From: a virus
Taxonomy: Duplodnaviria; Caudoviricetes
DNA length: 35,198 bases
Virus record (IMG/VR): IMGVR_UViG_3300017913_001170
Coordinates: 1-35,198 of that record
Strand: one strand, 5' to 3'
The translations under genes and the position numbers were made by a program. Within the stretch, counting starts at the first letter, position 1. Each line of letters opens with the position of its first letter. A model generated the notes under the pieces. It saw only the letters and a program-made list of their open reading frames with translations, did no database searches and was not told the DNA's origin. This document shows, one piece after another, positions 25,551 through 33,700 of the stretch.

Positions 25551-26303
25551 ATGAGTAAACTTGTTGGTATGCCTGTACCAAACGTCATCAATCTTAAAGA
25601 GTGTGAAGATCGTCGCATTTATATGCAGAACGAATTGTCTAAGTATAACGTCGAACCAATCTTCCATCAATACGATAGATACGAAGACTCAGATGTTCGT
25701 GCATTCTGTGATGATATGATCGAACCTTATTGGATCGATAAAGGCACCACAACTTCCCACCTTCTCACAATCAAGAAATGGTTAGAAACGACAGACGAAG
25801 AGATTGGTCTGTTCATGGAAGATGATGTTGACTTCACCACTGTCCAACACTGGAACTTTACCTTCGAAGAGTTTGTGGAACGGATGGGTACAAAGTGGGG
25901 CGCATTACAGTTAGGACTTGTACATGAAAGTCATCCTGTGATGGTTCCACGTAAACGTGAACAACAGGATCACGGTCTACAGTGTTACATGTTACGTAGA
26001 AAGTATGCAACCAAACTAGTGAAGTTCTACTTCGATCAAGGCGATGATACAATACACTATAGGATGCCAGTGGGTGCAATGTTATCTTTAGAGAACGCAG
26101 TCTTGTGGGGGTTTGGAAGAATCTTCACCTTTCCTCTTTTCAACCACAACGTAACACAGTTTAATTCTGCAAACATTTTTCAAAAGGGATCTCAGGTGGA
26201 TGCGTCTGTAAGATCATATCACACTATTCGTGCGTGGTGGGAAAATGAAGGCAGAAATATGAGTTTAGATGAAATCTTCAACAACAGTAAAATAGATTAT
26301 TAA
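25551..26303 (+). CDS. Glycosyltransferase family 25-like
   Basis: VINLKECEDRR, SHLLTIKKW, FMEDDVDF, LQLG. Confidence 0.75.
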   Translation: MSKLVGMPVPNVINLKECEDRRIYMQNELSKYNVEPIFHQYDRYEDSDVRAFCDDMIEPYWIDKGTTTSHLLTIKKWLETTDEEIGLFMEDDVDFTTVQHWNFTFEEFVERMGTKWGALQLGLVHESHPVMVPRKREQQDHGLQCYMLRRKYATKLVKFYFDQGDDTIHYRMPVGAMLSLENAVLWGFGRIFTFPLFNHNVTQFNSANIFQKGSQVDASVRSYHTIRAWWENEGRNMSLDEIFNNSKIDY

Positions 26304-26315
26304 AAGGAAAAAATT

Positions 26316-27278
26316 ATGAGTTGTCTATACAAAGGTCAAGTTATCGAATCTGAGGTATCCGCTAATTCATTTGGTGGTACAGAAATGATGCGTGAACGTG
26401 TAATCAAAAATGTGGATAAACAATGGTTGGATCAAGTAGCGATTCACTTCTCACGTCCACGACAGTTGTTTGAGGATGTCCCAAACGTCCTTTACTGTCA
26501 TGATCTTGCAGAAGATCCAGAGAATAATGTTCTTGCGAATGGAGGGTGGGAAAAGTTCGATCACTTTGTATTCGTATCTGCATGGCAACGTGATCAGTTC
26601 ATCACACGTTTCAATATCCCCTATTCAAAGACAACAGTAATCTACAATGCAGTGGAGACTCAATATGATCCAGTTAATAAAGACGTTGATACAATTCGTT
26701 TTATTTACCATACTACTCCCCATCGTGGTCTTGAGCTCCTTGTTCCTATCTTTGATGCTCTTTGTAATTCTTTTGATAACATTCACTTGGATGTTTTTTC
26801 TTCCTTCGGTATCTACGGATGGGAACAAAGGGACGAACCATACCGTGATCTTTTTAAGAAGATAGAAGATCATCCTCACATGACTTATCATGGTTGGCAA
26901 CCCAACGATGTCGTACAAGAAGCATTGAAGAAGTCTCACATCTTCCTCTATCCGAACATCTGGAAAGAGACATCGTGTATTGCAATGATTGAAGCAATCA
27001 AAAACCAAGTTATTGTTATTCACCCGAACTATGGTGCATTGACAGAGACGGCAGCGAACGCAACAATCGTGTATGAGTACACCGAAGACAAGACACAACA
27101 TGCGAACTATGCATTTAGTATTGCTGCACAGGTTCTTAATGTACAGAAAGAGAATCCGAACTACTTCAATCGATTCACCTATTCGGATCGTTACAACCTT
27201 GCACGTAATAGTATCGAGTCTTTCACAAATGTGTGGAATCAAGTTCTTTCACTAATCGTTCAGGAGTCCCAAAAATAA
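26316..27278 (+). CDS. GT-B (GT4-like) glycosyltransferase
   Basis: GGTE, VFVSAWQ, YHTTPHRGLELL, YPNIWKETSCIAMIEA, GALTET. Confidence 0.85.
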   Translation: MSCLYKGQVIESEVSANSFGGTEMMRERVIKNVDKQWLDQVAIHFSRPRQLFEDVPNVLYCHDLAEDPENNVLANGGWEKFDHFVFVSAWQRDQFITRFNIPYSKTTVIYNAVETQYDPVNKDVDTIRFIYHTTPHRGLELLVPIFDALCNSFDNIHLDVFSSFGIYGWEQRDEPYRDLFKKIEDHPHMTYHGWQPNDVVQEALKKSHIFLYPNIWKETSCIAMIEAIKNQVIVIHPNYGALTETAANATIVYEYTEDKTQHANYAFSIAAQVLNVQKENPNYFNRFTYSDRYNLARNSIESFTNVWNQVLSLIVQESQK

Positions 27279-27281
27279 CTC

Positions 27282-27310
27282 TTGACATTTGTGTGACAGT
27301 ATAGTACACT
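27282..27310 (+). promoter_or_regulatory. Sigma70-type promoter for rnh
   Basis: TTGACA-17 nt-TACACT in the intergenic gap. Confidence 0.65.
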
Positions 27311-27342
27311 GTACATAATGTAAATTTGTTGGAAACTTAAAA

Positions 27343-28203
27343 ATGGCAATCTTAGTAGATTTTAACCAAGTGATGCTCGCCTCATTCTTTGCAAATGCAG
27401 GCGGGCACAATGTAGAGATTGACGAAAATATGATTCGTCACATGTTCCTTAACTCCCTTCGTGCGAACCGTAAAAAGTTCACAGAAGAATGGGGTGAAAT
27501 CGTAATCTGTTGTGATAGTAAGAATGTATGGCGCAAAGACATCTTCCCTTATTACAAGGCAAACCGTAAGAAGTCTCGGAGTGAGTCTGATATTGATTGG
27601 AACGAACTGTTCACAGTAGTTCACAAGATCCGTGATGAGATCGACGAGTCTTTCCCTTACAAAGTAGTTAATGTTGATCGTGTTGAAGCAGATGACATCA
27701 TTGCGACTATCGTTCACGACAATGGGACCACCCTCAACACAGGTGGGGAGAAGTTCTTGATCCTATCAGGAGACAAAGATTATATCCAATTGCATACCTA
27801 TGCGAACGTTGGACAATATGACCCAGTCCGTAAACGTTGGATTCGAAATGATGATCCTGATAAATACCTAAAAGAACACATTCTTAAAGGTGACGCAGGA
27901 GACGGTGTACCCAATGTATTATCTGCAGACAACTGTCTTGCAATTGGAGAACGACAACGTCCTATGACATCCAAGAGACTGTACGCACTGTTAGACGGTG
28001 GCGAGAAGAACATGACAGAGGAAGTTCTTTCTGGTTATCATCGCAACAAGATGATGATCGACTTAAACGAGATCCCTCAGAATTATAAGGACGAGATTCT
28101 TGAAGTGTATAATAAAGACAAGATGGTTGGACGTGAAGGACTGTTCAACTTCTTCATTAAACACAAATTAAAACATTTGTTAACGGATATACAGGATTTT
28201 TAA
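27343..28203 (+). CDS. rnh: T4-type RNase H (5'-3' exonuclease, FEN family)
   Basis: ILVDFNQ, WRKDIFPYYKANR, EADDII, SGDKDYIQL, GDAGDGVPN. Confidence 0.93.
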   Translation: MAILVDFNQVMLASFFANAGGHNVEIDENMIRHMFLNSLRANRKKFTEEWGEIVICCDSKNVWRKDIFPYYKANRKKSRSESDIDWNELFTVVHKIRDEIDESFPYKVVNVDRVEADDIIATIVHDNGTTLNTGGEKFLILSGDKDYIQLHTYANVGQYDPVRKRWIRNDDPDKYLKEHILKGDAGDGVPNVLSADNCLAIGERQRPMTSKRLYALLDGGEKNMTEEVLSGYHRNKMMIDLNEIPQNYKDEILEVYNKDKMVGREGLFNFFIKHKLKHLLTDIQDF

Positions 28204-28204
28204 A

Positions 28205-28645
28205 ATGGCAACTCGAAGACTTCCTCTTTCAGAGATAGTGAGTAAAGCAGGTACACTGCGCAGTAAGAAACAAAAGATTGAGTGGTTGCAACAAAACGAT
28301 TCAGTACCACTTCGAACAATTCTTCGTCTATGGTATGACGAGAATATCGAATGGTTGGTTCCAGACTCTGCACCCCCTTACAAGAAGAATGCAACTTCGG
28401 ATGAAGGGATGATGTTGTACCACGAAACACGTAAACTTCGTATCTACGTAAAGGGTGGTGGTTATGATAACCTCAACCAAACAAAACGTGAAGGATTATT
28501 CATTGGGTTACTCGAAGATGTATGTGACCCAGATTCAGAGATGCTTTGTCAGATGATTTCAGGTGAAAAACAGAAAGGTCTGACAAAACAAACTGTGGAA
28601 GACGCATTTCCACGTATTTTTATCGATCCAATCAAGCTGAGTTAG
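28205..28645 (+). CDS. Conserved hypothetical protein usually found after rnh in marine T4-like phages
   Basis: KIEWLQQNDS...PPYKKN...KREGLFIGLLE...VEDAFP. Confidence 0.7.
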   Translation: MATRRLPLSEIVSKAGTLRSKKQKIEWLQQNDSVPLRTILRLWYDENIEWLVPDSAPPYKKNATSDEGMMLYHETRKLRIYVKGGGYDNLNQTKREGLFIGLLEDVCDPDSEMLCQMISGEKQKGLTKQTVEDAFPRIFIDPIKLS

Positions 28646-28649
28646 GAAT

Positions 28650-28829
28650 ATGAGTAAAAAGTTCAAAAATTTCCGTAATAAAAGTAAAGATTACGAATAC
28701 GACGACGAATGGAGCGACTTCAATGAAGAACGCATCCAAGAAAAGCAACGTGGTAAAAAGCGAAAGCAGAAAGTCAACGAAGGTCGTAATCGAAAACATA
28801 TGAACTTTAAAGACTTCCGTGATAGTTAA
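28650..28829 (+). CDS. 59-aa highly charged protein (not in ORF track)
   Basis: AGGA SD. MSKKFKNFRNKSKDYEYDDEW...MNFKDFRDS. Confidence 0.65.
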   Translation: MSKKFKNFRNKSKDYEYDDEWSDFNEERIQEKQRGKKRKQKVNEGRNRKHMNFKDFRDS

Positions 28830-28869
28830 AAAAACTTGAAAAAATATTAAATTTTTTTTCAAAAAACTC

Positions 28870-28898
28870 TTGACATTCTCTGTTACACATACTATATT
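28870..28898 (+). promoter_or_regulatory. Strong early promoter with UP element
   Basis: A/T tracts upstream, TTGACA-17 nt-TATATT, and a 12-bp inverted repeat flanking the -10. Confidence 0.8.
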
Positions 28899-28923
28899 AT
28901 AAGTGTAACAGAGAGAAAGAGAT

Positions 28924-29061
28924 ATGAACATTCAATCACAAATTACTGAACTTCTTAACCAAGGTGTCCCTTGGTATGAGATTGTAATTGCTTTTGGTGC
29001 CGTTGGTGGTATCATTGCGTTGTTGATCATTATCTTTGTTCTTCACTGGCAAAGTATGTAA
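28924..29061 (+). CDS. 45-aa single-TM protein (not in ORF track)
   Basis: Purine-rich leader. MNIQSQITELLNQGVPWYEIVIAFGAVGGIIALLIIIFVLHWQSM. Confidence 0.65.
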   Translation: MNIQSQITELLNQGVPWYEIVIAFGAVGGIIALLIIIFVLHWQSM

Positions 29062-29069
29062 AAAAACGC

Positions 29070-29098
29070 TTGCCAAATGGTACGAAATGTACTATTAT
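29070..29098 (+). promoter_or_regulatory. Sigma70-type early promoter
   Basis: AAAAAACGC-TTGCCA-17 nt-TATTAT, same layout as the 28870 promoter. Confidence 0.7.
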
Positions 29099-29127
29099 TA
29101 TGATGAATTAGTGAGAAAGAGTAAATA

Positions 29128-29712
29128 ATGATTGCGATAAAAGAAAAGACAATATTGACCGACTGTGACGGTGTCGTTCTTGACTGGGAATATGCTTTTG
29201 GTCAATGGATGCATCGTCACGGTTACACCGTGCAGGTTGAAGGTGTGTACGAGATGGATGTCAAGTACGGTCTTGAAAAGAAAGAAACCAAACGGTTGAT
29301 TCGGATGTTCAATGAAAGTGCGTGGATGCGGAAACTTGCTCCACTTCGGGACGCCGTCAAATATGTGAAGAAACTTCACGAAGAACATGGATATGTCTTC
29401 CATGCGATCACCAGTCTAAGTAACGATACTTACGCACAACACTTGCGGAGCAAGAACCTTCGTGAGTTGTTTGGTGAGACTGTCTTTGAACGGTTTGTGT
29501 ATTTGGACACAGGTGCAGACAAAGATGAAGTCATGGAAGAATATCGGGACACTGGTTGTTACTGGGTTGAAGACAAAGTAGAAAATGTCGACGTTGGAAT
29601 TGCAGTCGGTTGTGAAGGCATCTTGATGGCACACGAACACAACGCAGGTTACACTGGTAAAGCGACTCGTGCTCAAAACTGGAAACAGATCTACGAAATG
29701 ATTACTGCGTAA
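29128..29712 (+). CDS. HAD-family phosphatase, T4 gp30.2-like
   Basis: ILTDCDGVVLDW, AITSL, WVEDK, HEHN. Confidence 0.8.
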   Translation: MIAIKEKTILTDCDGVVLDWEYAFGQWMHRHGYTVQVEGVYEMDVKYGLEKKETKRLIRMFNESAWMRKLAPLRDAVKYVKKLHEEHGYVFHAITSLSNDTYAQHLRSKNLRELFGETVFERFVYLDTGADKDEVMEEYRDTGCYWVEDKVENVDVGIAVGCEGILMAHEHNAGYTGKATRAQNWKQIYEMITA

Positions 29713-29747
29713 CTCCTCTCTTTCGCTTACACACTTACGCAGGCAAG

Positions 29748-29779
29748 AAGACGGTTGAGGTAACTTGACCGTCTTTTTT
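29748..29779 (+). terminator. Rho-independent terminator
   Basis: AAGACGGTTGAG-GTAA-CTTGACCGTCTT stem with a GNRA loop, then a T tract. Confidence 0.85.
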
Positions 29780-29787
29780 GTATCTGA

Positions 29788-29795
29788 CATAAATA
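29788..29795 (+). promoter_or_regulatory. Late promoter-like CATAAATA
   Basis: Immediately after the terminator, heading the structural block. Confidence 0.65.
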
Positions 29796-29825
29796 TATGT
29801 AAACAATATTGGATAGGACTATAAG

Positions 29826-30077
29826 ATGCCCACATACAACTTTAGAAACATAAATACAGGTGAAGAAATCGAAGTTTCCATGAGGATTGCGGAACTAGAT
29901 GCATTTAAGGAAGAACATCCTGAGTTGCAACAATTTTTGTTAAAGGCGCCTTCGATTGGTGACCCTATAAGATTGGGTTTGAAAAAACCAGATGATGGGT
30001 TCAAGGATGTACTAAAGAATGTGAAGTCGCACCATAAGGGTTCTAGAACGATAGAGAATAAAATAAACACTTGGTAG
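29826..30077 (+). CDS. FmdB-like small protein (Cys-less variant)
   Basis: MPTYNFRNINTGEEIE...KPDDGFKDVL. Confidence 0.65.
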   Translation: MPTYNFRNINTGEEIEVSMRIAELDAFKEEHPELQQFLLKAPSIGDPIRLGLKKPDDGFKDVLKNVKSHHKGSRTIENKINTW

Positions 30078-30081
30078 AATT

Positions 30082-30375
30082 ATGCCTAGAATAGTCACAA
30101 CTGCACATTTCCATGTAGGACATGCGAGTCCCACGCCCAACCCATTTCACAAAACTCCATATACTGCGAGTCAGAACAAGGTTGAGGCGCAAGGTGATCC
30201 AGTTATTCGTATCGGCGACTCTACTTCATGTGGTGATCCTGCGACTGGTAGTTCTTCCAAAGTAAAGGCGGTTGGTGCATTCGTGCATCGTGCAGGAGAT
30301 TCGACAGGTGGTCACGGATCTTGGCCAGGCAATCAGGCAGAATCAGGAGCACCAAAAGTCAATGTAGGTAGTTAA
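30082..30375 (+). CDS. PAAR-type spike tip protein (T4 gp5.4-like)
   Basis: VIRIGDSTSCGD, GSSSKV, VHRAGDSTGGH, GAPKVNVG. Confidence 0.85.
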   Translation: MPRIVTTAHFHVGHASPTPNPFHKTPYTASQNKVEAQGDPVIRIGDSTSCGDPATGSSSKVKAVGAFVHRAGDSTGGHGSWPGNQAESGAPKVNVGS

Positions 30376-30376
30376 A

Positions 30377-30742
30377 ATGTCTAACCCAGATTATGCAGCG
30401 TTACTCGCCGCAATTGCGGCAGAAACAGATCCTGTTTTAAAACAAGCATTAATCGATCAGGCATATCGTTTCACAGAAACACCTACTGATGACGAGATAG
30501 AATTATTTGAATTTGTTGACTATGATTATATTGAACCAAACCCTGGCATCTTCTCAGATACGAGTGCATTTTACTTCACGCCAGGGTATGTCGATGTTGA
30601 CTATGTACGAGGTGCTACAGCTTCGTATGTAGATATATATTATGTAGATTCAGGATATTTCGAAGAGGGGTCGATCCCTTCCGAACCAACTTATAGCTCA
30701 TATGTAGGTGTATACTACAACAACGCTGGGGAAAGTACTTAA
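30377..30742 (+). CDS. Acidic Tyr-rich hypothetical virion protein
   Basis: Repeated YVD/DYV/GY motifs; TAATG coupling to the fibre gene. Confidence 0.6.
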   Translation: MSNPDYAALLAAIAAETDPVLKQALIDQAYRFTETPTDDEIELFEFVDYDYIEPNPGIFSDTSAFYFTPGYVDVDYVRGATASYVDIYYVDSGYFEEGSIPSEPTYSSYVGVYYNNAGEST

Positions 30743-33700
30743 TGGCTATTACTAAACGTATTGATAAAGGGTCGTCCCTTACGTACCAAGAGATGGACGA
30801 CAACATAGATGCAATCGCACCACGTACAAGTGCGACTGGATCTGTTCAAATTCCTGCAGGGACAACCGCACAACGTGACGGTTCTGCATCTAATGGATAT
30901 CTAAGATATAACACACAACTTAACCAGTTCGAAGGTTACATCAACGGTGGTTGGGGCGGACTTGGCGGTGGTGGTGGATCTGGTGATCCAAACCAAAATG
31001 CGTACAGTAACTTTGCGGTATCTGGTCAGACAACTATCGCTGCAGATCAGGCGACAGATACAATCAACTTCGCTGCGGGTTCGAACATTACCCTCACCAC
31101 AAATGCAACGACTGATACTCTTACAATCGCTGCAAACTTTACCCAAGACTTTGCGTTCTCTTCACTGACAGGTAAACCTACGACTGTCTCAGGTTACGGT
31201 ATCACAGATGCACAGGCACTTCTTGTATCTGGCACGAACATCAAAACCATCAATAATACATCTATATTAGGTAGTGGTAATATAACGGTATCTGCGACTG
31301 CGGATTGGAATACTCTTCAAAATAAACCAACCACAATCTCAGGGTTTGGTATCACAGATGCATTTGATGGTGCATGGTCTTCTTTGACTGGAACCCCAAC
31401 CACATTATCTGGTTATGGTATTACAGACGGACAAGCAATTCTAGTTTCGGGTACATCGATTAAAACAATCAACGGTGCGTCTGTACTGGGGTCTGGCGAC
31501 TTGACTGTTACTGGTTCGTATGGCGATTCAGATGTTAGTGCACACCTTAATACTTCTGGTGCAAACACAAATGAGTTTCTGCGTTGGAACGGTATCGACT
31601 TCGAGTGGGCATCAGTATCTGGTGGTGGCGGATCTGAAACAGATCCAGTTGTAGGCGCAATCGATGGTATCGTAAAAGCAGATGGTGCGGGTAATATTTC
31701 TGCTGCTGAAGCAGGAACTGACTACTCCACATTTGATGGTGACTGGAACAGTCTATCAAGTACACCTACGACTCTTTCTGGTGCAGGGATTACTGCATCA
31801 TTGTTAGACTTGACGAATCAAGGTGGCACAACAATTAATGACGGTAGTTCAGGTACTTTCTTGACTACAGATGGTAACGGTAACTTCTCGTTTGCTGCAG
31901 TATCTGGTGGCGGCGGATCTCTTGCATTCACAGACTTGACAGACACCCCTGTAAACTATAACGGTGCGGGTAGTCAACTTATCGGTGTTAATGCAGGTGC
32001 AACTGGTCTAACTTTCTACACTCAATCTGCAGGTGCGGAATCTAATGACTTGTCTCAGGTTGTGACTTGGACAACTGTACCAGACGCATATATTTCTAAC
32101 ACGAGTGTGGTTCAACACCAAGCGGATCTTCGTATCACCGAAAGTCAGATCACTGACTTGCAGAACTATATTGTAAATGAAACAGATCCAATCTTCTCTG
32201 CGTCTGCAGTTGCGAACGTTGTTGCAGATGCAACAGGTAGTGGTTTCCTTAGAAACCAAGGTGGCGAATGGTTCTACGATAACAACGTATACACAACATC
32301 GACTGCAGCAGAAACAGATCCGATCTTTAATGCACACACAACCTCAGACATTATTAACGGAACTGGTCTACTTGGTAACGGTGGTTCTGCGAACACTTGG
32401 TACTACGATACAAACACATATATCCAAGGTTCAGATGTTCCAGACAATGAAACCGATCCAGTCTTTAGTGCCCACACTACTGCAAACATTAATAACGGAT
32501 CTGGTTTCCTTAAACAAGACGGTGCGGGTAACTGGTTCTACGATGCGAATGACTATATTACTGCAGCGGGTTCTGAAACAGATCCTGTCTTCACTGCACA
32601 TACGACTTACAACATTGCGAATGGTACAGGGTATCTGAAGAATGATGGTGGCGGTACTTGGACTTATGAGTCCAACACTTTCTTAACTACAGAAGAAGAT
32701 CCAATATTCGATGCACATACAGTATCAGACATTGTCGATGGGGAAGGGTTCCTAAGACAAGATAGTGCAAACAACTGGTATTGGGATGCAAACACTTATA
32801 TCACTGCGAACGATATCCCAGCGTCAACTGCAACACTAGACGATGTTGTCGGTAACGGTAACCAGACGACGAATAGTGCTGAGTTTGGTGGATTGACAGT
32901 TGACGGAAACAATGTTATTGTTGAAGGTTCTAACAATGCATTGTTGACAAATGGCGCTGCATATATCACGTTGACTGATCTGAGTGCATCAGGTGATTTG
33001 ACTTACGACAATGAAACTGGTGTGTTCACTGCAAACCTTCAATCCACTGGAATTGTTTTGACAGATTTGTCGGTGGAATATAACGCAGCGGGTACTGCAA
33101 ACTTAACATACAACGACACCACTGGGGTGTTCACATATACTCCGCCAGACCTTTCTACCTATTTGACATCAGGCGATCTTCCTGCAGAAACAGATCCTGT
33201 CTTTACTGCATGGACTGGTTCGAGTATCACAGATGGTACAGGTTTCTTGCGCAATGACGGTTCTGGTAACTGGTCATATGATGCAAATACTTTCCTAGAT
33301 GATGCTGGTGTCCAGACAATCATTAATGGTCACTTGAATACAGGTACTGCAGGTAACAACCAAGTTCTTTCTTGGGATGCGGAAAGTGAAGATTTCTTCT
33401 GGGCAGCATCAGGAGGGGGTGGTGGCGGAATCGCATTCACGGATCTTTCTGTTACCGTCAACCCCGCATCTGGCAGCGGAGATCTTACATATGATGATTT
33501 GGGTAGTTTTTCATATACCCCACCAGATATTTCTCAGGTATCAGGTAACTTCACAGTCGGTGACAACCTTAACATTCAGGGTTCTACTTCAGATGGTGGT
33601 ATAATTACACTAAACTCTGCACAGACAGGATCTCCAACACCGTCAAGTACAAACTGGTCATATCTGACAGTGGAAAGAGGTACACAACCTAATGTTCACA

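Noticed and set aside
29849-29856. CATAAATA inside the FmdB-like CDS
   Set aside because: Explained by codons N-I-N-T; a better-placed copy exists at 29788.
32179-33300. Regularly spaced GAAACAGATCC motifs as a CRISPR array or DGR repeat
   Set aside because: They are in-frame ETDP protein repeats with synonymous variation and ~120-140 nt spacing. No cas or RT gene, and no adenine-specific TR/VR pair seen.
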